From: Octopus bimaculoides
Taxonomy: Eukaryota
Assembly (NCBI RefSeq): GCF_001194135.2
Contig: NC_068983.1
Location: 10,554,438-10,606,086 of the forward strand
DNA length: 51,649 nucleotides
Direction: 5' to 3'
The notes beneath the pieces were generated by a model. The model was given only the letters and a program-made list of their open reading frames with translations, did not search any database and was not told the DNA's origin. The first letter of the stretch is position 1. Each line of letters opens with the position of its first letter. Below are positions 36,203 to 49,065 of this stretch, one piece after another. Position numbers and translations under genes: made by a program.

Positions 36203-37334
36203 TTAAGTTATGCAGTCATACTGACAGCCTTTGAATTGTTAATGCTACCTAAACATTGATACACAAAAGCTTTAACCATGAAGTTAGGTTCTACAGAGCA
36301 GTTTGCATGAATTAGATGTTTTTGCTTTTATTATATGTTTACTAAATTTATTCCTTCATTTAATGATGTTTTCTTTAAATTACTGTACTGACCAGACTCC
36401 AGACTGTTGGATGTTGTTATACACATTTGGTCACATGCAGCTTTTGAGTGATGTTACCTTGCTGGTTAAGAGGGCAGGCCAGCGCATGGCTCAGTGATTA
36501 GAGTGTCAGGATCACAATTATGAGGTAGTGAGTTTGATTCCCAGACTGGGCTCTGTGTTGTAAGTTTGAGGCCTTAGGATTTAAAATGAGTATTAAACTT
36601 CATTTATTGCAAGCCCATTTGGATTTCTTTCTGGAAAATCTGGGGTGGGGGTGAGTGAGGCGCAGAAGAAAAGGTTTAATCAAGACAAAGGGGATGGAAA
36701 GAAGATATCAAGGAAAATGAAATGTCAGTTTGATGGCTGACTACTGCTGGATGGTGCAACGTCCATTAAATGCCCACAAGCGAAAGAGTTCCAGGCATAG
36801 TTACCAAGTGTAACAGAATAGATTTTGAGGTGATGAACCATAAAGTGAATGGAACCCTTGTAAAAAATTTTTTTTTCACCTTTTAATTGCATTTGTACCA
36901 TTTTATTTTGCTAAGTAAAGAACCAAATTCATTTTTATTAGTGACATTTTGTCCTACCATATGTGGATTTACCTACAGATTATGGTATATTTTACCATTA
37001 AATTGTGAGAAAACTTTAGGTAATGAGAAAGGGCTATTCTGATATTTCAAATAAGCACCACAAAAATATATAAAATAACACACAAATATCAAAATGATTT
37101 TCAAAAAGTTCCATTTTGCAGACATGCGTTGGAGAATTTTTTCAAAAAACAGTTCGGGGATTTAGATTTTGAACATCAGACATTTAGGATCTGGGAGATT
37201 TTTTTCTATAATCGAAAACAAAATTAATTATGCAATGAAAGTAATTTTATACGTTAAGATCATTTAATACAAAGAAGGAAGTATTTTTGAATGACTTGTA
37301 TTTAATGATTTTAACATATTCAACATATATCACA

Positions 37335-37700
37335 AATTACACTTGTGTTAGAACTGCAATGCTGTATGGTAGTGATACAGATCTTTGAACGGAGCTGGAA
37401 AGAAATGAAGCAAGCATCTCCACTGGATGTGCAATGTAAGTATGAATGTAGGACACAATAGAAATGTGCAGAGAAAAAAAAACACTGGGCATCAGTGGAA
37501 TCAGAAGTAGTGTGTAAGAAAGAAAATTGCATTGGTATGATCATGTGATGCATATAGATGAGGGAAGCTGTATAAAGAATGCTGATCACTTAATGTGGAT
37601 AGGGCTTGTGAAAGATGGAAACCCAGGAAGATATAAGATGAAATGGTGAAGGATGATCTCAGGACCTTGTACCGCACAGAGGAGATGACAATGAACTAGT
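37335..37700 (+). mobile_element. Degenerate RTE ORF C-terminal fragment
   Basis: CVRTAMLYGS / LERNEAS / WMCNV / WYDHVMHIDE / DDLRTL remnants with frameshifts, same family as 1-295. Confidence 0.75.
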
Positions 37701-38430
37701 ATGATTGACAGTTCTCAAGAAGAACCACCTAACTTGGCAAAACTAAGTTCCAGAAACATCCTGAGTGTGTGCATGTGTACAATTGGATTCTTTATTCAAA
37801 TTTCCCTCCCAAGACACCCTACCACTCTTCATCTCTCTAACTGCAGTTCTTCCTTGAAGCCACTAATCTTTCTAACTATCTGAAACCATTTCATTTCATA
37901 TCAACCCCTCATCCTTAATACTGTCCTCTCTAACCACATTTATATTGGCTCCTCTCCCAACTGAGCCTCCAAATCATCTCACCTTGGCCGCCATACATCT
38001 CTCACTCTTCTCACATACTATACTTGCCTCTCTCTCTCTCCCTCACACTCTTGCAACCTACTCAGCCACTTGTCATATCTCTTTCTCTTTCTCACACCTT
38101 TCCTTTGTCTACTTATCACCATTGGTCACTTCTCCCTCACCCACTATTCATTACATCCACCAATCAACCCTACCCAACCTACTCTTTCGTACCTCCCCTA
38201 CTTATCATCCATTCAACACCTGTTCTTCAGTTATTATATTCACTACTCCCACCCATTCACTCCTCTAACCTCCATTCACTCCCATGCTCCTAGTTTTGGC
38301 CCCATTCAATTTTACTCACCTCCTGGGACAAAATAGTGAAGCATGTTGACGATTCACACAGATGTTTCATCACCACTATTTTTATCTTTTCCTAGCTTCA
38401 CCCCAATCACCTTTCCACACTCTTTTAAAA

Positions 38431-39201
38431 TATGAGTATCCAAATATGGCCCCTCTGTAGCAAGAAACCTGTTCTGCTCTGGTCCCTTCACTTATACTTT
38501 AACACCTCATCTCCTAGTATAAAGCTACCTCTCTTGGAGTTCATACTCAAGCTCAAACCATCCTGAGGATTCAGCAGGCCTTTGGTGATGATACCATGGG
38601 CAAAGCTCAGATCAAGGAATGGTACAAGTGCTTTGAACATGGTTGCACCTGAGTGGAAATCATGGCACACTCAAATGAGCCAGCCACAAGCCGAAATGAG
38701 GAGCCGATTGAGAAAGTTTGGTGAACAGTCATGGAAGACCATTCATGTAACAATCCAGGAAATTGCTCGGGATGTGGGGATTAGTATATGCCATCGTAAT
38801 GGAGGATTTGTGTATGCAGAGTGTTCATAAAATTCATCCCCAAGGTGCTGGTGAGGCAGCAGAAGCAACTCCACATGGAAATTGCTCAGGACATGCTGAA
38901 CTGCACAAACTACAACCCAGACTTCATGAAGACCATCCTTACGAGTGAAGAGATATGCATTTCTGGTCCCTGCTTGATGCATTTAGTCATCTTGCATGAA
39001 AATGAAAATCTGATGAAGGTGCAGTACACATCTATAATATCCTAGGTGTAACAGCAAGAAACAGATGCAGCCTACTAGCATGAAAATGTTCGTGCATATG
39101 CAGAAAGAGTGGCATCACTTCTCACCCAAAGGATTTTGTCCACACAGCATTAGTTTTGACATGAGAAAATAATGTTGGATACTTTCTGAACACACTTCGT
39201 A
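38431..39201. mobile_element. Degenerate mariner transposon, internally deleted and rearranged
   Basis: Plus-strand transposase remnant RIQQAFGDD.MGKAQIKEWYKCF...TIQEIARDVGIS...KFIPKVL..QQKQLHMEIAQDMLNC...DFMKTILTSEE at 38520-38955. TIR tacgaagtgtgttcagaaagtatcc on minus at 39177-39201. Confidence 0.8.
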
Positions 39202-39402
39202 TGTGCACTTACATAATGAACATTTAATGTAGTTTCATAGAAAAATACATTATTACAGAAATTTAAACTCTTCATTGCACATTAATTAGCTTGGACAACA
39301 GATATCACTTATGCCAAGCCAAACATCTGATTAACTGCAAATAATGTATCATGTGCATCTATAATTTTTAGGTTTAAAATACATATACATCATAATTAAA
39401 TA

Positions 39403-39879
39403 CCGTGAATCCTCAAGTATAATTCGCATTTTCCCCCCAAAATTTAAAGGTCAAAATCCCTAGTGTGTACTATATACGAGGTTAAAAATGAAAAATAATT
39501 TTCTAAGCAATGTCCGAGTCTCTATTTGCTGTTCGGCAATGTTTATTCAGACGCATTTTCTGATGTCGGGATTGTAACTGATAGTGATAAATATGTAAAG
39601 GCAATTTACTTAATAGTTATTTTTCACTGTTATTTCTTTATTTTCTGCAAAAAAAGTGCACAAAAAAGCTACACATTTGCATTATGTTATATATACAATA
39701 ACAATAAAGGATGTTACCGTATATACGCTTACAAACCAAGGACGTTATATAGACTTCCTTGACTCAAGTTAGAGAAGGGGTACGTATTATACACAAGGTT
39801 TAGGTTTTTCAGAGGTACAGCCCCCTAAAAATTTTCTGCGTATTATACTCAAGGGCGGACTATACTCGAGGATTTACAG
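39403..39879. mobile_element. TA-flanked MITE, Tc2/pogo-like TIRs
   Basis: ccgtgaatcctcaagtataattcgc versus the reverse complement ctgtaaatcctcgagtatagtccgc. TA at 39401-39402 and 39880-39881. Subterminal gtattatac repeats. Confidence 0.85.
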
Positions 39880-40086
39880 TAATTAAAGATATCAGAGCTA
39901 ATTAAATAATTTATAAAGTTATTAACCTTTTTACTTGAGTACAGCATGAATATAAAGCAACTACCACTTTTCTATTCTTAAAAATCAGTAACATAATTTA
40001 TCCTCATATCTTTTTTTGTAACATTCACATATAATACTAACCCACCACTTCAATTTTAACTCTGATGTTTTGTATTAAATTACTTG

Positions 40087-40850
40087 TACAGGCATGACTG
40101 TGTGGTAAGAAGTTTGGTTCTCAACCACATGGCTCCAGGTTCAGTCCCACTGAGTGGCACATTAGGTAAGTTTCTTCTACTATAGCCAAGAGCCGACCAA
40201 AGCTTTGGGAGTGAATTTGGTAGAAGGAAACTGAAAGAAGCCTGTCATATATGTGTGTATGTCTCCCACCACCACCACTACTTCATAAGTGGTGTTGGTG
40301 TGTTTATGTCTATAACTTAGTGGTTTGGCAAAAGAGACCAATAAAATAAGTACCAGGCTTAAAAAAAATAAAAGTACTGTGGTTGATTTGATTGAAATTC
40401 TTTGAGGCAGAGCTCCAGCATGGCCACAGTCTACTGACTGAAACATAAGAATAAGAGATCAAAACTATCCAAATAAATGGCACAGGCATGACTGTGTGGT
40501 TAAGAAACTCACTTTGCAACCATGTTGCTTTGAGTTCAGTCCCACTGTGCAAGTGTCTTAAACTTTAGCACTAGGCTGACCAATGTCTTGTGAAGGAACT
40601 TGATTGACAGTACGTGGAGGCCCATTGTGTGCAAATGTGTGTTTTTTGTCCCCCAAAACTGCTTGACAACTGATGCTGTTTATTTGTGACCCATAATTTA
40701 GTGGCTTGGCAAAAGAGACCATTAGAATAATTATTAGACTTATTAAAAAAAATAAGCACTGAGATCAATTTGTTCAACTAAACCCTTCAAGGTGATGCCC
40801 CATGGTGGCCACAGTTTAATGACTGAAACGAATAAGATAAAAAAAAAGAA
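40087..40850 (+). mobile_element. Two tandem degenerate family A SINEs
   Basis: Heads acaggcatgactgtgtgg at about 40087 and 40483, each ending in the gactgaaac...ataaga tail. Confidence 0.8.
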
Positions 40851-41249
40851 AAAATAAGAATGGTAGTACAGCAGTGAAAAGATCTTAGAAACTACAGGAA
40901 ACATTAAATGTTTTTTTTTCAAATGAAATTTCCGGATGAAGTAATACTGAAAGGCAGAAGATAGATATTCAGTGGTGTTGTTAACTTGCATTGAAGTGTT
41001 TCAGTATATTGTGTTTCAAATATCTGTTTCCTAGTCAATTCTAGATCCTGTTCGAAGCTGTATTAACCACAAACAAATATGGTTCATCTATCATTATGAT
41101 CAGTAAATTTGGTGGGAGGAAAGTGAGAAGTGTCTGACTGAATAAGATGTAATGAAACCAGAAACTGTAACTGTGTTGACACTGATATGGGATACTGGGC
41201 TAAACTGCTGTGTTCTATTGTGATGTGATGTGTTGTATTGTATTACCCT

Positions 41250-41852
41250 TTACTCTCTCTTTTACTTGTTCCAGTCATTTGACTGCGGCCATGCTGGAGC
41301 ACCGCCTTTAGTCGAGCAAATCGACCCCAGGACTTATTCTTTGTAAGTCTAGTACTTATTCTATCGGTCACTTTTGCTAACTGCTAAGTTACAGGGACGT
41401 AAACACACCAGCATCGGTTGTCAAGCGACGTTGGGGGGACAAACACACACACACACACATACATACATACATACATATCATCATCANNNNNNNNNNNNNN
41501 NNNNNNNNNNNNNNNNNNNNNNNNNNNNNNNNNNNNNNNNNNNNNNNNNNNNNNNNNNNNNNNNNNNNNNNNNNNNNNNNNNNNNNNNNNNNNNNNNNNN
41601 NNNNNNNNNNNNNNNNNNNNNNNNNNNNNNNNNNNNNNNNNNNNNNNNNNNNNNNNNNNNNNNNNNNNNNNNNNNNNNNNNNNNNNNNNNNNNNNNNNNN
41701 NNNNNNNNNNNNNNNNNNNNNNNNNNNNNNNNNNNNNNNNNNNNNNNNNNNNNNNNNNNNNNNNNNNNNNNNNNNNNNNNNNNNNNNNNNNNNNNNNNNN
41801 NNNNNNNNNNNNNNNNNNNNNNNNNNNNNNNNNNNNNNNNNNNNNNNNNNNN

Positions 41853-41885
<33 letters not shown>

Positions 41886-42055
41886 CACACACATATATAT
41901 AATATATATATATATATACGACAGGCTTCTTTCAGTTTCTGTCTACCAAATCCACTCACAAGGCTTTGGTCGGCCCGAGGCTATAGTAGAAGACACTTGC
42001 CCAAGGTGCCACACAGTGGGAATGAACTCAGAACCATGTGGTTGGCAAGCAAGCT
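41250..42055 (-). mobile_element. Young family A SINE (contains gap 41487-41852)
   Basis: Reverse complement of the family A tail and body, closely matching 26537-26961. Confidence 0.88.
41487..41852. other. Assembly gap
   Basis: Run of N. Confidence 1.
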
Positions 42056-42170
42056 GAATGAACTGGAGCAACAGGAAATGAAGTGACTTGCTCAAGAACA
42101 CTGAACGCTTTCTCACAGACACACACACACTGGAAAATGTGTGAGATCCTTGGTACAGTTGGGTATATTT

Positions 42171-42318
42171 GAAAAAAGAAAAATAATGACTTCACTGGTA
42201 GTTCTAATCAGTTTAATTTATTATTTTTTAATAATATAAATGTAAAATTCATATTATTAAAATAATAATAAATCAAACTGATTAGAACTACCAGTGAAGT
42301 CATTCTTTTTCCTTTTTC
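42171..42318. repeat. Inverted repeat: 67/68-bp arms, 13-nt spacer
   Basis: aatgacttcactggtagttctaatcagttt and aaactgattagaactaccagtgaagtcatt form a perfect core. About four differences overall. Confidence 0.93.
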
Positions 42319-42322
42319 ATAG

Positions 42323-42380
<58 letters not shown>

Positions 42381-42504
42381 ATGTATGTATAAGACTAGAA
42401 ATAGATAAATTAATATGATTGCTAAAGAAAAGAGAATAGTTACTGAGAAAGGATAAAGTCTTCCAAAAATAATTACAGTGTTCATCAGCCAACAAGGACT
42501 CAAA

Positions 42505-42745
42505 TCTATCTGCTCACTATGCTAAAATAGCAGCCAAATCATCCTCAGTTCACAGTACAATCAATATCCTTTAATATGTTCTTTCCATGCTTGAATGAGT
42601 TGAACTTATAATTTAGAAGAAAAAAAAAAACAGAGGGACAAATTGAAATGTGATCTTAAATATGTCTAAAATAAAGACAAGATGGTTACTACTGGAAACT
42701 CTTTGATAATAGGTGGGCTGGTTCAATATTGACCTGGGGTTAAAA
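42505..42745 (+). repeat. Dispersed repeat family E (probable retroposon tail)
   Basis: Recurrent tagcagccaaatct...ggataatgtagt...gacctgggg motif. Also near 4690, 6525, 7105, 23950, 28375, 28830, 30420, 43030 and 45640 in either orientation. Class not determined. Confidence 0.6.
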
Positions 42746-43532
42746 AGCCTCTACTGTCCTCAGTTCTAGACATTTCTCCAGTTTATAGGAGAATCTGGAA
42801 TGTTGCCAAGTCATCCACCAATGTCACACTTGTCCCTCCCATCCCCCTTCCATAAAGCTTCACTAAAGAAATGACTGTTCCTCACCTCTACAGTCCTATT
42901 CTTTTTTTTTCAAAAGTAGTTGTTGTTTGACCACAGGTGAGCTCATAACAAATAGATCTATGATAGCAAGCATTCCAGGTTGAGTTGAATCATTCTGACA
43001 TGTTCGGCCTTTTTTTAAAGACAGTAGGATACAGTTTGAGAGAAATTTGACTGATATTTCTAGCTGTTTGAGTGACCATATAGAAGAACCCTTGTTGAAG
43101 AACCCTTCTCTTCAGTGACTATTACAGAAAGTGAAGAGGGCACCAGATACTAATGCAGTGGAAGCCACAGCTGATCAACAGTTTTGTCTTCTAACACAGG
43201 GGTTTTCAAACTGTGGTCCCCGGACCACAGGGGGTCCGTGGACAGCAAATACTTTTTATGGGCAATTTGATTTTATATATGTTTTTTAATCGAAATCTTT
43301 TAACTGACAATAAACCTATTTGTTAAATACTGTTAAATAAAGTATTAAATAAGGAAGCTGTGAACTCGGAACCTAACGGATGACCAATTATAGCCCTTAC
43401 ACAGCATACCTATTCATTTAGATCACCAGTGAACTAAACCCCTCATATCCTATATAGACAGATAGACAGATAATGAGTGTGTGATTGTGTATGTTGTTTG
43501 TCCCCCTTCCTGTTGCCTAACAACCAATGTTG

Positions 43533-44614
43533 AAATCTTCCGAGTGGGATCGTTGCCGGTGCCCCTGGGCTGGCTTTTGTGCAGGTGACACATGAGGTTT
43601 TTTGAGCGAGATCGTTGCCGGTGCCCCTGGACTGGCTCTTGTGCGGGTGACACATGAGANNNNNNNNNNNNNNNNNNNNNNNNNNNNNNNNNNNNNNNNN
43701 NNNNNNNNNNNNNNNNNNNNNNNNNNNNNNNNNNNNNNNNNNNNNNNNNNNNNNNNNNNNNNNNNNNNNNNNNNNNNNNNNNNNNNNNNNNNNNNNNNNN
43801 NNNNNNNNNNNNNNNNNNNNNNNNNNNNNNNNNNNNNNNNNNNNNNNNNNNNNNNNNNNNNNNNNNNNNNNNNNNNNNNNNNNNNNNNNNNNNNNNNNNN
43901 NNNNNNNNNNNNNNNNNNNNNNNNNNNNNNNNNNNNNNNNNNNNNNNNNNNNNNNNNNNNNNNNNNNNNNNNNNNNNNNNNNNNNNNNNNNNNNNNNNNN
44001 NNNNNNNNNNNNNNNNNNNNNNNNNNNNNNNNNNNNNNNNNNNNNNNNNNNNNNNNNNNNNNNNNNNNNNNNNNNNNNNNNNNNNNNNNNNNNNNNNNNN
44101 NNNNNNNNNNNNNNNNNNNNNNNNNNNNNNNNNNNNNNNNNNNNNNNNNNNNNNNNNNNNNNNNNNNNNNNNNNNNNNNNNNNNNNNNNNNNNNNNNNTT
44201 CGAGCGAGATTGTTGCCGGTGCCCCTGAACTGGCTCTTGTGTGGGGTTGTCGTAGGATTTTCGAGCGAGATTGTTGCCGGTGCCCCTGAACTGGCTCTTG
44301 TGTGGGGTTGTCGTAGGATTTTCGAGCGAGATCGTTGCCGGTGCCCCTGGACTGGCTCTTGTGCGGGTGACACATGAGACTTTTCGAGCGAGATGAGCGT
44401 GGCCGTTGCCGGTGCTGCCAGGCTGGCCTTCGTGCGGGTGACACGTAAAAGCACCCACTACACTCTCTGAGTGGTTGGCGTTAGGAAGGGCATCCAGCTG
44501 TAGAAACTCTGCCAGACCAGATTGGAGCCTGGTGCAGCCATCTGGTTTCACCAGTCCTCAGTCAAATCGTCCAACCCATGCTAGCATGGAAAGCGGACGT
44601 TAAACGACAACGAC
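43533..44614 (+). mobile_element. Family B copy with 61-62 bp tandem array, nested in a family A SINE (TSD GTTG)
   Basis: GTTG at 43529-43532 and 44615-44618. Flanks rejoin into the SINE A sequence. Gap 43660-44198 is internal. Confidence 0.85.
43660..44198. other. Assembly gap
   Basis: Run of N. Confidence 1.
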
Positions 44615-46167
44615 GTTGATTTGTTTAAGTTCCTGTAACTTAGTGGTTCAGCAAAAGAGACTTAGAAAATAAGTACTGGGGCTGAATTGTTCAACCAAAC
44701 CTTTCGAGCCCCAATATGGCTACAGTCCAACAACTGAAACAAAGAACAGACAAAAGATTGTATAATGTAGTCCTGTATGCCTCAGTCATGGCTTGCACAG
44801 GAATGCTACTGATCTTTGACTCACTCAATCAGAATTGACCAAGGGCTATACAAGAACAACAACAGTAGTAGCAGCAGTAGCTGCAACAGCAGGGCCATCA
44901 AACTGAGGAAGACTGCCTGGTCTAATTAAAAACAATGTAGTTAGATCTTCAGTATTGATCTGGTATGCAGCTTGATCTATCTAATACGTTAATACTGGCT
45001 ATTCAGTGTAATAGAACAATGTTCTGTTCTGCTTTTTATCAAATGCAACTGGTTATTTGCACTATTATATTACTGTAGCTTTCTTTGGACAGATAGTAGC
45101 TATATCCACCACATATACTTACAGGGTAAGAATTTACTTGAAAATTACTTCTAATCCTCTAGAAAAAGCTATACGGTTCTCCATTATTCCTCAGATAAAC
45201 CTCATGAAACACAGTTGCTTAGGTTCTCATCCATGAATCTCTATTTTAGACGGCAGTGTTGCCAAGAATTGACAGCTCTACAGTTCATAGACATCAAAGC
45301 TCCGATTATAACTGACCCAGTGGTACTAGGCTTTCATGCTTGTTCAGTAGTACAACATCAACAACAACAAACCTCTGTTTTCCATGCTGGCCAGTCTGGC
45401 AGAATCTAGCAAGCCACCGGACTGCATTGGGCTCCAATGTCAGCTTTGACATGTTTTCTACAGGTGGATGGCCTTTCTAATACCAATCCCTTTACGGTGT
45501 GAAAGAACTCATCCGGTTCTTACACTCACTGTGGAAGAACTACTTCAGATGCTTTAACCTCAGTACAGAGTTGTACATCAAACAGCCAGGCCATCCCCAA
45601 AATTCTGTAGTACGGACTATTGTTGCTTAGTTACTCCCGACTGAAGTGAAACCTATAATCAAAGATGTTACAGCCATAATCACGCTGTCATTTGCATACC
45701 AAGGACTGTTACATGAACCAACATGTCCTTCCTTTTTTCAGAGATGGCTGTGGGTTATTTGGTTGTTATTTCGAGTGATCACTTAGTGACACTCACTGTA
45801 GTGCAGGTGGTAGTTATAAATGCTTCTTGTCACTATGAATACAAGACCCTTAAAAAACTGTGCATGTGGACAGGCATGGCTGTGTGATGAAGAAGTTTGC
45901 TTCTCAACCACATGGTCACAAGTTCAGTCACACTATATAACACCTGGGGTGTGCTCTACTAGTCTCAAGCCAACCAAAACGTTGTGAATGAATTTAATAG
46001 AGGTACACTGAAAGAAGCTTGCTGTATATATAAATATATATCTGGCATTGACACTTGTCACAACCCTGTGGCTCACCAGATCCAGTGAAATCATGCAGCC
46101 TGTGTCAGCATGGAAAAAGGAGGCAAAATGATGACGACGACGAAGAGGATATATGTATGTATATATC

Positions 46168-46201
<34 letters not shown>

Positions 46202-47915
46202 TCTCTCTCTCCTTGCCTTGAAATCATGAGATAGTTGTAAAGAAGTGTTACTATTATACAAGCAGCATCATTCATTTCCAATTCTGCAAAAACTTGTATG
46301 GCTATCAGGAAATATTAGCTTGCTTGTAGACATGTGGTGGCTGGTGACAGGGAGGCCAACTGACCATAGAAAATCTGCCTCAAACTTCATCCAACCCATG
46401 CAACCTTGGAAAAGTGGACGATAAAACAACGATGATGATGGTCAGACAGAGACTGATGCACATTCAAAGTAAACATTGCAAGGTGTGCGTGGACAAACTG
46501 AGACTGGCCCAACATTTGCATGGATAGAGGCTCACCTGCTCTTATAAAATTATACAAATATGTATGAACATAAACAAATTGGCTCCTCTCTCCTAAGGTT
46601 TACACGACATTTGATTGTATGAACAGAGAAAAGTCATCACCTCTGTCTCACACACACACACTTTCTCGCTGTATCAAGGTCTACACCACACAGTGAGTGT
46701 AGAGAGAGAATTTGATCCTCTTTTAAGGTAAACTTTATACAAATGTTTATGGACAAGGATCATATCTCTCTCTCAAAGTGTGTATGGAGAGATAAAGATC
46801 AAACCCACCCCAAATAAACAGTTGAGGGAACTGAATCATGCAGAGTGAGTCAGTTGCACTGGTAAACCCAGAAAGAAAGAAACCAGTCAAAATGATAAAA
46901 AAGAAAACCATGTCACACAATTTTAGAGATAGTATAGAGAAAATGTCATCCATTTCTCTCTTCTCAAAGCAGGTCTCAGTGACTTTGTTCGCAATATTTT
47001 CTATTAAGAACAAATAAAATGTTCTCGCATGAAACAACTGAAGAGAATCTTCCAACTTTGGTTTTGATAACATGAAACCGAAATGTAATTACATTGAAGT
47101 TGAAGTTTTGCTATAAATGTGAAAATAAGTGTCTCTTATGAATTAAAAATATATATGTACTTAAGTTCACTCAAGTTGTGCTATATTTACACAAAAATTC
47201 TTTTTAAAGAAATGACGAACAATATCTTGTAAAGAATGACAAAGAAAAGAATTGACATGACTTTGACAATATATTTGTGCTTTTGAATTCACACACACAC
47301 AAACAAAAATACAAATAATAAATAAAAACTGTATGAACCCTATTCCTCCTTCCCTACACTCCTCATCTGCAAAGGTCATGGAAGCACTATTCAATTGGCT
47401 AAATAGGGGGGAAAAATACATAAATGAAAATAAACTAAAAAGAAAAAAAAATAAATAACAACAAATGGTGAAAATGAAGAGGAAGTCGAAGAGAGTAGAT
47501 ATAATATGGATGATTGAATCTGAAAATGAAGTCAATTAAATATAAATAAACAATTATAAATAATGAAATTAAATAAATGCACTTACAGGAACATAGTTTT
47601 GGAAATCTATCGGATCATTAGTTCAATGAAAAATTTGCAAAATTTCTAGAAATCAGTTTCTGGACAAACAAGTTCACTGTCTCCAAGTGATAAAAACACG
47701 CAATGAGAAGGCCACCAGGTCAGATAAATGTACCAACACCGAATTTAAACATCATCATTGGTAATGTTATTACAGTAGGAAGACCCTGAAAACATCTTTG
47801 GTATCGGCAAAAATCAGCTGAGCTGGCATCGAATGCAGGGTCAAATGTACCAGCTGAGATAGCAGCATATGAATTGAGCAGAAGTTAAATGCAAACAACA
47901 CATTGTCTTCGTTTT

Positions 47916-47968
<53 letters not shown>

Positions 47969-47978
47969 CATACATACA

Positions 47979-48021
<43 letters not shown>

Positions 48022-48994
48022 ACGCGTCTGTCTGTGTGTGTTGTTGCTTAAGAGAGACTACTTGTTTCCACCACTTGTTTTAAGTTCAGTGAGTTCCCTT
48101 TATAGTTCATTATTTCAAATACTATGCTTCATTCAGAGCGACAATCCTCCACCGAGGTTTGCCTGACTATCAGTAATCTATGTACTTAAATTTGTAAAAA
48201 GTATGTCACACGGTATACTCGTGGGAAGGGCCACGAGAGAACTACAATGATTTCTATGTAACTGAGTGAATAGTTTTATGACAACAGTTGGTGTTCAACC
48301 AAGGTGATAACTTAATAAAGAAAAAATAAATAATAATAATAATAATAAACAGAAATAAACGTGGCTGTTTTGATGTATGTATACTTTGTTTTTAGTTTTT
48401 TTACTCATAGATATTTAGTCAAGCAGATTTTTTTTTTTTGCAAAGAGGAAGCCATAGGGATCTCTTGAGCCAATGAAGAAGCTCTACACTAGGGATTCTT
48501 AACTAGGGTGCTAATAGTGACCCATTTGGAGTAGAGTATCGGGAGTTCACAAGGGGACAGTAGATGTTACAGAAGTGCCATAATGGAATATTGGGTGTTT
48601 AGAGGGGTTGTTTTTCTTAGAAAGAAAATATTCAAACTAGGTGGTACTCTTAATCCATTGATTAGTTTAATACTAGCATCACCTGGCACTTTGCATACTT
48701 TTAAACTAAATCTACTCTCAGGGCCAGTGCTGCAAACTAGGAAATCATATTGGATGCTAAAATCTGGGAATGCCACACAAACTCTGAACAACTAAAACAG
48801 AATTTCTCAAACCAACTTTTAAAATATATCTCACAAGTAAAGTGAGCAGGGGAGGTTACTTCTGGAAGACAGGATTGAGGTGCAACAGGGACGATGAGCA
48901 GGTTGTGTCGTGTTAAAAAGGGTAAAGACCTCCTTCAGTCATGAATGACCATGGGATTGCACCTAGGAAGTTCCCTTCTGAGGCACAAGTTTGT

Positions 48995-49065
48995 TAGTAC
49001 CTGAAAGATTGTGATGAACAAGAGGGGACTGAGGACTGATCCTTGGTGAACCCCTAAATGCAGCT
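48995..49065 (-). mobile_element. Non-LTR RT fragment (GVHQGSVLSPLLF)
   Basis: Minus-strand translation gives the RT motif G.HQGS.LSPLLF. Confidence 0.65.

Noticed and set aside
47167-47880. Possible exons of an upstream minus-strand gene (strong acceptor at 47399; open frame AGTFDPAFDASSADFCRY... near 47730-47860)
   Set aside because: No recognisable homology and no consistent donor/phase chain. Cannot be supported without RNA data.
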